In this document: one piece after another, positions 25,048-40,049 of the stretch
Numbering within the stretch: the first letter of the stretch is position 1
Layout of the letters: each line of letters starts with the position of its first letter
Assembly (NCBI GenBank): GCA_951406725.2
Contig: OX597830.1
Span: forward strand, 32,426,001-32,490,000
Length of the DNA stretch: 64,000 nt
Origin: Octopus vulgaris
Taxonomy: Eukaryota
Direction of reading: 5' to 3'
Program-made: the position numbers and the translations under genes
The notes under the pieces: model-generated
What the model was told of the DNA's origin: nothing
Databases searched by the model: none
The model's input: only the letters and a program-made list of their open reading frames with translations

Positions 25048-25499
25048 CTGGTGCAGCCAAAACTTTACTTAGAGTCATGTTTGCTAAATAGTTTTTCATA
25101 ACTGCCTTGCTGCAAAATTTATACTGGATGGTGTGTGTGTGTATGTGCATGTACGTGTGAGACTGTCTCCTTGCTTTGACACTGCTTGATGGTTGTAAAT
25201 AAATGTCAATGTCATGCACACGGTGACCTTTGTTTCCAATATTCTGTAAAATCATTTTTGGCAGTGGGGAAATTACTAGCTTACTTGGAAACAGGTGAGG
25301 GTTAGCAACAGGAAGAGCATCCAACCATAGAAAACCTGCCTGAAATATTTTCACTAAACCATTTGAGCAATCCATCTCAACGTTAGATGTAGAATTTTAA
25401 CATATTCAGAGGAAGGTGTAGATTTCCGTGACTGTTATTTTGCATTTCATATTGTCAAATATTGGAAAACTTCGAGTTATGATTAGTAAAGTTTTCAGA

Positions 25500-26370
<871 letters not shown>

Positions 26371-26384
26371 TACCTATACATACA

Positions 26385-26415
<31 letters not shown>

Positions 26416-26897
26416 GCATATTTATACATACACATATATATATATGTATGTAATTTATACCAAAGTTCATTTTGTTTATTTCAATATTCTTTGCTTTTCT
26501 TATGCTTTTATGATATGCTTTTCTCTTAAATTTTTTAAAATTTTCGCAATTATTTTTTTTTCGTTCAATACAAGATGTGTGGTTTTTTTTCTTTTTTTTA
26601 AATTTTTTCCCTAAATTGCAAAGCAATGAAGCAACGGCATAACAAGTCAGAAGCCAGTTAAATCAACATTGAAATATTATTATTATTATTATTTGTTTAG
26701 TCCTTGATTTTTACCTCATTTCATATGATTTATTCAACTTTGATAGAAACATATGCTGTACACTTGACTTTAATGTTACCAGAATCTACAGTATATCGTT
26801 AAAACATAATAAAAGAGAAATTTGTTAATTTACATGCATGCATGCCTATATGCATTGAATCATACAAACACACAAACACACACACATATACATTATA

Positions 26898-26937
<40 letters not shown>

Positions 26938-27567
26938 TATATATAGGTATATATATATGTATATATATGTATATATATATATATATGTATGTATGTATAT
27001 ATATGTGTATATACATTTATATATATAAGTGTATATAAAATCAAATATTGATTCATTCATAAAGGATGAGTTACAAAGTAAGTTATGTATAACATATTAA
27101 CCTTAATATTCATATATTTTTGACAAATTCCCTTCACAAAAGGAATATAAAGTGTGAAATATTTGAAAATTGAATAATATTTTTTAAAAAATTTTTTATT
27201 CGGTTTTCATAAATTCTGGTCATGTGACAGTATATTACTTAATATGCGTACGTATATATATATTAAATAAATTTTTGTTACGTAAAACAAAATGAGCACA
27301 TGGTATATGTATGTGTAAATATACATGAATATATAAGTGTGTGTGTGTATGCGTTTGAATGTATGTGTGCGCATGTATATATTTACGTATACATATTCTT
27401 TGGTGTGAGTTTATTTCTATATATCTATATACATAAATATATGCATATTTTCATGTATATATAAATATATATACACACATGTATATCTCTTTGACACATA
27501 TGTAAGTATATATATGTATGTGTGTGCAAATGTGCATGTATGTGCATACATATGAGTGTGTGCATGT

Positions 27568-27598
<31 letters not shown>

Positions 27599-27833
27599 CG
27601 AGCACGCGCACGTGTGTGTATGTGTGTATGCATGTGTGTGCTTGTGTGCGTGAGTCTGTGTGTGTTTAATTTTTCTTTTTGCTATCTAACTTAAAAAAAA
27701 TTGTTTTTTGAAGAATGCATGTTTTATAAGTTTCTCATTTAATATATGATACAAACAGAGACACTCAATCACTTCACGCACACACACACACACAAACACA
27801 TACACGCAAACTCACATATGCATAGGGGCATAG

Positions 27834-27884
<51 letters not shown>

Positions 27885-28055
27885 CACACACATAGATAGA
27901 TATATACAAATATGCATATATATATATATATATGTGTGTGTGTATGAAAATACATAATGTATCTTTGCATACACACATATATGTATGTGATACATATGTA
28001 CATACATATACATACTTATATATTAAACATAGATACATATATGTATATGTGTATG

Positions 28056-28116
<61 letters not shown>

Positions 28117-28152
28117 CTAAACATATATATACATATATATATACATACATAC

Positions 28153-28206
<54 letters not shown>

Positions 28207-29166
28207 TAATGATAACCATTTTTTCATCAATCACAACATAAAATACCTACTAGGTTTTTCTTCCTCATATAAATTCTTTGTATATTCGCATTCAACATTT
28301 TTGTTTGTGTGCTTCTTTTGTTTTTAACATTTTTTTCTTTACATTATTTTATTTTAATATATTTCAAAAATAATATGTTGTTTATTTAGAATTTTGAAAG
28401 AAAAAAAGAAAAGAAAGAAAGAAATGAGTTGGATGTTATTTATGTAAATTATAGAAATAATTCCGGCATTCCTAATATATATATATAGATATATACATGC
28501 ATATACGTACACATGCGTGTGTGTGCGCACACACACACACACACATATATACAAATATATATATATATGTATATATAGCACATATGTATACATTCATGCA
28601 CACTCAAACACACTCATATAGATACATATGTGTATTTATATTTATTATATATCATTAATATGTTAACATCTTTACCACAAAGATATATATATGTATACAT
28701 ATATATTTTCTTCTTGCTAAATATATGTCAATATATACTGATATATATATATATATATGTATATAAATATATATACATATATATATATATGTGTGTTGTT
28801 GCCTGTCTCAATGTATATATATATATGTATATATGTATGCATGTATGTATGTGTGTATGTATCTACCTATGTATCTGTTTGTCTATCTATCTATCTATCT
28901 ATGTATCCATCTATTTATCAATACCTCTATATATTGTGTATCAGCATAAATAGACACACACACACCTATAGCAGCATAGGTAATATATATATATATACAA
29001 TATATATGTATAGCTACATACGTTTGTCATCAGTATATTAATTTACAGCCTCTCGATTTGTAGCTAGTTTGATAAGTGCTAATTCACGAAACTCTCAGCC
29101 CTTTAGTCACTCTGTGGCTTCTGCTAAATATTTAGGAAAACATGTATGTATGTATGTATAAATATA

Positions 29167-29378
29167 GTTAATCCAAACAAGAAAGCACAAAAAAACACAA
29201 TAAAGCGAGGACGTGGAACAAATATAGTATTATTGGACGCTCAGGAAAGAAGGAATGAAGGAAGGTTTAACGTTTCGAGCGGAGCTCTTCGTCAGAAACA
29301 TAGGAGAAGGAAAGATCCAGAGAAGGGAAGACAGAGGAAGAAAAATTGCCAATGGTACACACGAGGTCACATTTTGAA
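29167..29378 (-). mobile_element. Penelope-like pLTR fragment beside (TA)n, carrying a hammerhead
   Basis: ~210-bp element with a second copy at 45434-45644; both abut (TA)n tracts. Confidence 0.7.
29265..29299 (-). ncRNA. minimal type-I hammerhead ribozyme motif
   Basis: Minus strand: gttt-CTGACGA-a-gagc tcc gctc-GAAAC-GTT-aaac. Perfect stems I and II; loopless palindromic stem III (AACGTT). Confidence 0.78.
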
Positions 29379-29379
29379 A

Positions 29380-29450
<71 letters not shown>

Positions 29451-29522
29451 GTAAAAGCAATTAAGATTCAAGTGAGTTCTGTTGAATTCACATGAATGCA
29501 GTACTTAACTTAGACGCACCAG

Positions 29523-29619
<97 letters not shown>

Positions 29620-29725
29620 CTCATGTTTTGAGTTCTATTTTGTTTGCATCACTAAACCTATGTGTGTGTGTGTGTTGTATAATCAATAAAAGGAGTACAG
29701 TGAATATAGCTCTGGAGAGTGGAAG

Positions 29726-29760
29726 ATCCAACGTTTCAGGCAGAATCCTTCTTCAGAGAA
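29726..29760 (-). ncRNA. degenerate minimal hammerhead motif
   Basis: Minus strand: tct-CTGAAGA-aggattctgcct-GAAAC-GTT-gga; weak stems. Confidence 0.4.
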
Positions 29761-30264
29761 AAGTCAATCATCATCATCATCTTCTTCATCATTTTACATC
29801 CATTTTTTCAGGTAAGATGGCTTGACAGGAACTGGTAAGTTTTTTTTTTGGGGGGGGGGCTGCATATAGCTCCATAGTCTGGTTTGGTTTGGTTTGGTTT
29901 ATACAGCTGGATGTCCTTCCTAACACCAACCACTATACAGCAGATTTTTTTTAAGCCTCTCAGTTAGAAACACTAGCTGCAACTGATAAAACAAGCAGGA
30001 TGCAGGACCACCGGAACTTGAAGCATGAACAGGAAGTGGTTGGAGGAAAGAGTAAAAAAATGAGATGGCAAAGTAGGTGAATTCAAGAGTGAGATGATTG
30101 GAAAAGATGAAGTGTGGGGTGAGTATAAGGATAAAGAAAAGGGTTTAATGAACTAATGAGAAATGTAGGAGTAGATATGAAAGCATTTATTTCGAGCTGT
30201 AGTCTGCAATTTTGTTGTTGACAGAAACAAAAAGCCAATGTGAAATTTTGTGTTAAATTTGATA

Positions 30265-30680
30265 CAGGAGTGGCTGTGTGGTAAGTAGCTTGCTTACCAA
30301 CCACATGGTTCTGGGTTCAGTCTCACTGCGTGGCACCTTGGGCAAGTGTCTTCTACTATAGCCTCGGGCTGGCCAAAGCCTTGTGAGTGGATTTGGTAGA
30401 CGGAAACTGAAAAGAAACCCATCGTATGTATATATATATATACATATAGATGTGTGTGTGTATATGTTTGTGTGTCTGTGTTTGTCCCCCCAACTTCACT
30501 TGACAACTGATGGTGGTGTGTTTACGTCCCCGTAGCTTAGCAGTTTGGCAAAAGAGATCGATAGAATAAGTACTAGGCTTACAAAGAATAAGTCCTGGGG
30601 TTGATTTGCTCGATCAACTAAAGGCGGTGCTCCAGCATGGCCACAGTCAAATGACTGAAACAAGTAAAAGAGTAAAAGAG
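30265..30680 (+). mobile_element. SINE family A, full length
   Basis: Head, core, TG tract and tail all present. Confidence 0.93.
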
Positions 30681-30699
30681 ATATTGAGTATGCTTTGGC

Positions 30700-31326
30700 G
30701 AGTTTACAGACAATGGAACGCACATGTACACAGTTTTGAGTGGTGTGGGTGCTTCAAAAGTGGAAGAACATCTCTGGAAAATGATGAACAATCTGGAAGT
30801 TCTACTATGAGAGTCACCTCTGGAAATGTGGTATTGTGTATCAGGAATTCCTTCCCCAGGGCCAGACTATCAAACAAGAGTTCTACTGTGATGTTTTGAA
30901 ATGTTTGAAGGAGGACATTTGGCAAAGGAGACAGGATCTGTGGATTCATCATACTGACGATGGACCTTATCACTAAGCTCTCCTCACTCAAGTGTTTCTT
31001 GTCAAAGACAACATGGTATTACTTCCACATCCACCCTGTTCTCCAGATTTAGCCCCTGCAGACTTTTATCTCTTCTCCTAGATGAAAATGTAGCTTTAAG
31101 GTTGCTGTTTTAACACCGTTGTTAAGATCCAGAGTGCATCACAGAACATCCTCAACTCAGGGAAAACAACTTCCAGGCCAGATTCCAAAAGTGGCAGGAA
31201 TGCTGGGACTGATGTATTGCAGTGCAAGGAGGCTATTTCAAAGGACATGATGGCAAATAATATAGGTAAATAAGTTATTTTTTATCAAGCATAACTAGTC
31301 CGGGACACATTTTAATATCACTTCAT
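30700..31326 (+). mobile_element. decayed mariner transposon with internal deletions
   Basis: FEW...FKSGRTSLENDEQSG (N-terminal motif) and LPHPPCSPDLAPADFYLF at 31022; contains stops and frameshifts. Confidence 0.85.
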
Positions 31327-31496
31327 ACTGCACATGGTGCATTATATAAAGCGCAACAGAAATTCTGAGAAATAGGATATTGTGACTTAGGTCAACTAAT
31401 GTTTGTAGTGTTGTCAATGTAGGGGCAGTTGTTTCAATGTTGGCAAGTGCATTTAAAAGGGCCTGGTAGTGTGGTCTATATATATATATATATATT

Positions 31497-31760
31497 GACT
31501 GACTTCTGTGCCAGTGGTACGTAAAAAGCACCAACCGATTGTGGCTGTTGCCAGCCTCCCCTGGCCCCTGTGCCGGTGGCACGTAAAAAGCACCCACTAC
31601 ATTCATGGAGTGGTTGGCGTTAGGAAGGGCATCAAGCTGTAGAAACACTGCCAGATCAGACTGGAGCCTGGTGCAGCCCCCTGGCTCCCCAGACCCCAGT
31701 CGAACCATCCAACCCGTGCTAGCATGGAAAATGGACGTTAAATGATGATGATGATGATGA
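31497..31760 (+). mobile_element. (GAT)n-tailed retroposon 3' end
   Basis: ggttggcgttaggaagggcatcaagctgtagaaac...gcatggaaaatggacgttaaatgatgatg. Confidence 0.85.
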
Positions 31761-32154
31761 TATATATAGAATGGGCAATATAATTGTAAAGTAAACACGG
31801 TGTAGATAATCAATTGCTAATTGCTGGTGTTTCTGATGAACATATCATAATTTTCACCCTACAGATCTCTCAGAATCTATACCAGTCCATGGATGTACAA
31901 TGTTATTGGATTTCATTATATAATTTTCATGATTATAGCAACAGTCATCGATTATCCAAAACAACTGTGAAGACAGGACTTGATTACATCATATAATTGT
32001 ATAAACAACTTGCCATGGGAATACGTTCCTTGTGTCTGCTATTAGTTGACTGTCTTCACTCCAACTCCATACATCAGGATGAGAATGTGAGATCGCCCTT
32101 CCCCTATGAAACTTTAAGTGATGTGGGGCTGGGTAAAATCTGTTAAACATACAT

Positions 32155-32430
32155 CATACACATTATTTACATTATTTACATTTGACGGATATTTGTCCTC
32201 ATCTTGTTTGTTGTTTACACAATGTTTCGGCGGACATACCCTCCAACCTTCATCGAAAAATACATTAGGAATGAGAACCCAGGTTCAAAATTTCCCCAAG
32301 ACACCTGATGAAGGCTGGAGGATATATCAGCTGAAACGTTTTGTTAACAACAAACAAGATGAAGACAAATATCTGTCAAATGTAAATAATGTAAATAAAT
32401 TACATAATTCCACATCTCTTAAATATAGAA
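32155..32430. mobile_element. Penelope-like inverted pLTR pair with a hammerhead motif in each arm
   Basis: ~95-bp inverted repeat 32161-32255 / 32305-32399. Plus arm: acac-CTGATGA-a-ggctg..cagct-GAAAC-GTT-ttgt. Confidence 0.75.
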
Positions 32431-32530
32431 CTGTATACATCATACATACACAAATACAAGTATGTATATACACATGTGCACGCACTCACACACACACACA
32501 TATGCACATCATCATCATAATCATCAGTAA

Positions 32531-32875
32531 AGGCACATGGTTCAGTGGTTAGAGCATTGGGCTCACAATCATGATGTAGTGAGTTCGATTCCCGGACCGG
32601 GTTGTGTATTGTGTTCCTGAGCAAGGCACTTCATTTTCATGTTGCTCCACTTCACTCAGCTGTAGAAATGAGTTGTGACATCACTGGTGTCAAGGTGCAT
32701 CGGCCCTCTTTGCCTCTTCCTTGGATAACATCAGTGGCATGGAAAGGAGACGCCAGTATATACATAGGCAACTGCTGGTCTTCCATAAACAAATTTGCCT
32801 GGATTTATTTGTACCTTTCTAAATGCAATCCCAGGGTCATTCATGACCGAAGGGGGTCTTTATCCTTTTACCCTT
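32531..32875 (+). mobile_element. tRNA-derived SINE family D
   Basis: A-box tggttcagtgg, B-box gagttcgattccc, CORE-like gtgttcctgagcaaggcactt, tail tttatccttttaccctttt. Confidence 0.85.
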
Positions 32876-33593
32876 TTTATATATCATCATCACCACCATC
32901 ATCATCACCACCACCACCACCACCACCACCACCACCACCACCACAACCACAACCACCACCACCACCACCACCACCACCACCACCACCACCACCATCACCA
33001 CCACCATCATCGTTGTTTAGCATCCATTTTTGCATGCTTAATGGGTCAGTCAGGATTCGTTGAGGTGTATTTTCTTGGATCAGATGTCCTTTCCTTTGCC
33101 AACTCTCACCTGTTTCCAAGAAAGGTGATATTTTTCTATGACCAGACATGTTTTCACAGAAGATTGGAAATGACAGACACTGCTTGTATGACAGTGACAC
33201 TTATTTACGACTATCACATGATGTCAAGACAAGGAGATAACAACATAAAACAAACATGCATACACACACACACACACGCACACATGATGGGCTTCTTTCA
33301 GTTTCCATCTACCAAAATCCTCTCACAAGGCCTTGGTCAACTCAGGGTGCTGTTCAGTGGGATTGAAGTTGAGACCAACAGGTTGGGAAGCGGGCTATTT
33401 ACCACACAGCCATACCTGCACTACAGATATGTGTGTGTGTGTGTATATGTGTGTGTATATTTGTGCGTGTGGGGGAGGGGATTGTAGCCAAAGGTATGAG
33501 TGGAATCTTCACAGTCTTCTAGTTATTGCTAAATCATGGTTTTAATTTAAAGCCCTTGTTGTCAATAACGATGGCAATGATGTTGCTAGCACC

Positions 33594-34003
33594 GGTGAGC
33601 TGGCAGAAACGTTAGCACGTCGGGCGAAATGCATAGCGGTATTTCCTCTGCCGTTACGTTGTGAGTTCAAATTCCGCCGAGGTCGACTTTACCTTTCATC
33701 CTTTCGGGGTCGATAAATTAAGTACCAGTTACGCACTGGGGTCGATGTAATCGACTTAATACCTATGTCTGTCCTTGTTTGTCCCCTCTATGTTTAGCCC
33801 CTTGTGGGTAATAAAGAAATAGGTATTTCGTCTGCTGCTACATTCTGAGTTCAAATTCCGCCGAGGTCAACTTTGCCATTCATCCTTTCGGGGTCGATAA
33901 ATTAAGTACCAGTTACGCACTGGGGTCGATGTAATCGACTTAATACCTATGTCTGTCCTTGTTTGTCCCCTCTATGTTTAGCCCCTTGTGGGTAATAAAG
34001 AAA
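33594..34003 (+). mobile_element. SINE family B with a ~182-bp internal tandem duplication
   Basis: Head ggtgagctggcagaaacgttagcac; body ggtatttc...gtaataaagaaata occurs twice (33638-33821, 33822-34004), near-identical. Confidence 0.92.
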
Positions 34004-34275
34004 TACATATTTTTTCGTGTTGTTGTAGTATGGTGCTAGTGATGGTGGTGATGTTGTTGCACTTGTTGTTGTTGTTGGTGGTGGTGGTGGTCACATTACT
34101 ATCATTGCTGTTGTTGTTGTTGTAGATCAGTTTTCTCACTTCATTGCTGATGTTGTTTCTGTTGCTGTTGTTTGTACCATGGGTCTGGCCAGCATTCCAC
34201 AGACGTCCTAGCTTCAATCCTGTTTCACATCGTGATTACACTGGCCACTGGTGTGAGCCCATTCTGCTGACACTG

Positions 34276-34306
<31 letters not shown>

Positions 34307-34512
34307 AGTCAATGCAACGGTGCTGTAGTTGCAGTGCTATTGCTGGTCGTTAGCGTGCTGATGATCAAGGTGATGATGATGATAATGATGATGATGTTGG
34401 TTTTAGTGTTATTGTTGACTTAAGCGAACAAGTTTCCATGGTGATGGCCATGGCAGTAGTAGTAGTAGTAGTAGTAGTAAGAGTAGTAGTAGTAAGAGTA
34501 GTAGTAGTAAGA

Positions 34513-34551
<39 letters not shown>

Positions 34552-34567
34552 AGAGTAATAGTAGTAA

Positions 34568-34599
<32 letters not shown>

Positions 34600-34839
34600 A
34601 CAGTGAGGCAGTGGTGCTGTGATAGTTGTGGTGATGTTGACGATGCTGTTGGTGGTCATGTCTGGTGAGGTGAGGGTGGGTAGAAGGTAGTGGTGGTAGT
34701 GATAGAAATGGTATTGGCGTTTTGCTGTGGTGTTGGTCATGGCTGGGGGTTTTGATTGCAATGGTCGTGGTAGTGGTGGCATTGATGGTAACGATAACAG
34801 TTGATTGCTATGTTTAGTGACGTTGGTGATGGTGATGAC

Positions 34840-34870
<31 letters not shown>

Positions 34871-35100
34871 GTTGGTAGAAAATGTATTATCGGTGGCTGT
34901 GGTGGTGTAGGCGACAGCAGCATTAGGGGTGGCGGCGGCGGCGTTGATAATGGTATGTAAGGTTTGCTTTTTCTGCTTGTGTATATTTCTTTCATTTCAT
35001 TTTAATCAATCTATTGATTGGTTGATAGATTGATTAGTGTAAATGATTGAATCAGTTAAATTAATCTGGAGGGACATGCGCACACGCACGCGCGCACACA

Positions 35101-35145
<45 letters not shown>

Positions 35146-35456
35146 CCATTCATCATGCATATATACACTCTGCAGTCATACAGACATAAATGTATTTGTT
35201 GATATATCATTGAATGGACATGTGTGTATAACATGCTACATATACATATATATACAAACGCATAAAGATATATACACACACACACACACAGACATTTATA
35301 GATATATGCAGAAATACAGATATATAATTATCTATCTGTGTGTGTGTCTATATATATTTCTACTTGTAATATGTGTGCGTTTGTGTTTGCAGATACACAC
35401 ACTCAAGCTCCCATGAACACACAGATGCATAAATACATGAATATATGTGTATATAT

Positions 35457-35533
<77 letters not shown>

Positions 35534-35639
35534 GATATAGATATCTATATATGTATGTATATGTATATGACATTTATAATGTAAATTATATACATACATA
35601 ATTATTATTTTGTAATATATATGCGAAACATAAAAATAA

Positions 35640-35716
<77 letters not shown>

Positions 35717-37076
35717 GTATATATGTAGATATATATATATATATAAATATATATATATACACACACATATATACATTCATATGTACATATACAGACTATT
35801 TTTCTATCTATTCATTCATTCATTCATTTATTCAATCTAATCAACAGAACGAGATTACTGATTAAGTCAAACACATACATACTGTCACCCACCCACCCAC
35901 ACACACATGCACACGCACACACACGCATGTACATGAACACACATACATGTATACATGCCTATATACATGTAGGAAGTGGGAGGGGTGAGAAGGTGGGGGA
36001 GAGGGGTGGTGGTGAAAGACAGTTATCCGGACTTCCACCCACCCCCACTCGCCTCCACCACTAGCACCACCACCACCACCACCACCATCCAGCACCTCAG
36101 TTAATTGCATACTGTAAAAATGTTCCGGAACATTCTATAGAAGAAGAAACTAAGAAATCCAATTTTGATTAGATTAGTTATCTTGTGACATTATTGATGG
36201 TGATGTTGGTAATGGGGTGGGGGTGAGGATCGGGGTGGGTAGTGGTTAGGGGTATGGGGGCAGTGGTGTTTGTGGTGATGATGATGATTGTGATGGTGGT
36301 GGTGTTGGGGGCAGGAGTGGGTGATGGTTGTGTTGGTAGTGGCTGTGGTGTAGGTGGTGGTAGTGGTGGTGGTGGTCATAGTGGTGGTCGTAGTGGTGGT
36401 GATGATGGAAGTGGTTGATGGTGGTAGTCATGATGTCTTGTTAATGGTGGTGATGGTGGTGGTGACGACACTTGTAGTGGTGGTGGTGATGGTGGTAGTG
36501 GAGGCAATGTTGTCGGTGGCAGTTGTGATGTCATTAGTATTGTCGATGATAATGATAATGATGATGACATTGATGATGATAATATCACTAGTGTTGTTGT
36601 TGTGGTGGTGGTTACAGTGTTGTGGTGATGGTAGCAGTAGTGTGTGTTGCTGTTGTTGATGTTGCTTATGGTGATGATGATGATGATAAAGCTGACGTCT
36701 TTATATCGATGATAGCAGCAACAGTAGTTATATTGCAGATGCTGGTAGTGTTGTACTGTTGATGGTATTATTGGTGGTGGTGGTCGTGGTTGTAATGGTA
36801 TGTTGTCATTGTTGATAGTGGTGATCTCTTACTTGTTACAGTTATCAGACCGTGACCATGCTGGGGCACCACCTTCAAGAATTTTAGTCAAATGTATATA
36901 ACTACCCCTGTAGTTATATCTTTTGTAAAGCCTGGTACTAATTCTATCAGTCTCTTTTGCCAAACTGCTATGTTATGTCGATGTAAACACATAAATGCTG
37001 GCTGTCAACCTGTAGTAGGGGGGAACAAACATAGACACAAAGAAATCTGCCTCACTCCCACATATGAATGTATATA

Positions 37077-37455
37077 CAGGGTGCAGTGACTAAACTGTCA
37101 TCTAAATTATGCAAAAATGAAAATAACACAGACATCTCATTTTAATAGATATATTTACCAAAATTACATAAAAATATCTTGAAATACTAAAGAGTAAATA
37201 TATTCAATGAAATCGCCATTGGCTTCAACTACGATCTCCAGACGACTTCGGAATCTCCTGCAACTTTTCTGGACAGTTTCCTTGTTTAAGTTGGTGAATT
37301 CTACCATAATCCTTGCCTTCAGTTCATCTTTGGTGTTACAAGGAGTTTTGTTGGTCTCTTGATCAACTGTGTCCTACACAATAATCAAGGGAGTTGCAGT
37401 CTGGGGTGTTAAGTAGCCAGATGTTAGGGGTGATGTAGTTGCAGAAATTATCTGC
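37077..37455 (-). mobile_element. Tc1/mariner-superfamily (DD37D-like) transposase 3' end with TIR
   Basis: TA-CAGGGTG terminus. Minus strand reads ITPNIWLLNTPDCNSLDY...TPCNTKDELKARIM...CRRFRSRLEIVVEANGDFIE*, a degenerate WPPNSPDCNPLDY motif. Confidence 0.8.
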
Positions 37456-37599
37456 TGTTTTTAATAAAGTATATATATATGCATGCACATATACACACGT
37501 GCACACACACACACACACACTTACATTCATACATATGCACATATACAGGCACAATGGGCTTCTTTCAGTTTCTGCCTACCAAACTTATTCATCAGGCTA

Positions 37600-37848
37600 A
37601 TCTGATTTGGCTCTGTCCTAATTATCATCTATTCCCTAACATGAAAAAAACATTTGCCTGGGAACTGTTGCTGATTGCTTTTTTGAACAACAGGTTGAAA
37701 GCTTCTTCACTAATGGGGTCCAAGCACTGTAACACCAAACGAAGATTTGTCTTGACCAGAAGGGGGTCAGTGTTGAAAAAGAAATCTCATTTGGTCACAT
37801 TCCTTGAGATTATATTGGTCAGCCTATGAAGTTTCAGCTGACCCTTGA
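37600..37848 (+). mobile_element. mariner transposase C-terminal relic
   Basis: DLA..NYHLFPNMKK and FFEQQVESFFTNGVQAL, ending in the TIR-like tatgaagtttcagctgaccc. Confidence 0.6.
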
Positions 37849-38692
37849 ATTAATCGCTTAATCCTTAATCAGCCCTCTTCAGCTACACAGACTTATGATT
37901 AATGACATTCTAGTTATGACCACCTCTCTGTATTTTAACAGAGTTTCTAGAGTTACTTTATATAAAATTGTCATCGTTAGATTTGGTTGCTATTTCTAGT
38001 AAGTTGATTGACTATGCAGAGGTACATAATCAGTTTTTTGTTAGTGATAGTGGTGGTGGTGGTGGTGGTGGTGGTAGTGATAGTGATGGTGTGGTTGTGA
38101 TTGTTGTTGATGATGATGTTGGTGGTGATAGTGGTGGTGATGGTGAGGGTGGGAGCGATGGCGGTGAAGATAGTGATGATGGTGATGGTGGTGGTGGTGG
38201 TAGTGATGGTGGTGATGGAAGTGGTGGTGAATTATATGGGTACTTTGCATTGGTCAGTGCGTGTGTGTGTGTGTATCATGTTACATGCCAAAGATACATG
38301 TTGAGGGCTCCACTACAATAGATAATCCAATTTGCATAGTGAATGCATTCTTGGAGATTATTTCCATTTGCAGATTCTAGAGATGTCACTCGGTTTCTGA
38401 AGAAATTGCAACAGGACGGGAACTAGTCAAACTGATTCTCATGCTTTTGGTCCATGAAGATATGATATATAATGACAATGTATGTATGATGCATACATGC
38501 ATGTAATTACATGCATATATACATGTGCAATGATATAAAATTACATACATACACAAACATACCCAAACACATATAAGTACAAATGTGTATACATATATAT
38601 ATATGTATATATATATATACATATGTCGAACCCATACCATCATTGAACGTACATGTTAAATGATGATGATGATACATACATACATACATATG

Positions 38693-38738
<46 letters not shown>

Positions 38739-38775
38739 CATATAAGCCAGTATATATATATATATATACATACAT

Positions 38776-38813
<38 letters not shown>

Positions 38814-38984
38814 TGTGTGTGTGTGCATATTTACATTTAGAAATATAAAGATGTGTATGTATGTATGTATATGTGTGTATTCATTAGCATTTCTTGATTC
38901 AGACATGTATAAATGTGAACATGTGTAAACTTCATATACATAAATTTATACCTATATAATTATTAGTCTGTGTACATATAAAAT

Positions 38985-39029
<45 letters not shown>

Positions 39030-39238
39030 TATATATATATGCACACACACATAGATAAATACATACATACATACATACATACATACATACAAACATACAT
39101 ACATACATATATATATTGACAGATATATATATATAAACATGAACACCCTTACGTATGACTGATTATATAAATGTGTAGCCTATATATCTGCACATCATAC
39201 ACACACAGACATAAATGCACATATACATATACTTATAT

Positions 39239-39269
<31 letters not shown>

Positions 39270-39274
39270 CACAA

Positions 39275-39305
<31 letters not shown>

Positions 39306-39755
39306 CATATGTATACATATATGTATATGTATGTACGTATGGCTCTATTTATCTCTGTATGTAACATTTCATGCCTGATTACAAGTATGACTGTATGTCT
39401 GTCTATGCTTGCCTGTCACCATTCCTCTGTAATCTTTAATTAATTTGGCAAATGATTCCAGTGTAAATGGCTTTACTCAAAGAAAAAGTCAAAAATAATA
39501 GACAGCTTTCATTTTTATTCATATTTTTTTTGTTTTTATCATTTAATTTCTATTCTTTTTTTTTGTGTTTTACACAATATTATATTTTTAGTATCTTGTT
39601 AGGTGTCCTTTTCTCTCATTTTTCATTAGGCTTTTGTATAGCTATTGTCTTCTTTTACTTCATTAAAACACTCTGCGTGTGTCAGTAGGCATATATATAT
39701 ATATATTTATATATATATATGCACATGTATGTATGAATATATATATATTATATAT

Positions 39756-39802
<47 letters not shown>

Positions 39803-40017
39803 CATACATGTACATATATATCTGTATTTGTACATATATATATACATACATATAGATATATATATATCTATGCATATATGCATATATATATGTACATACA
39901 TATATATATACATATACATATATGCATATATACATATAATTGTGTACACACATATATGTATATAGATACATATATATATAGAGATACATATATATATATA
40001 CATATATATATATATGG

Positions 40018-40049
<32 letters not shown>

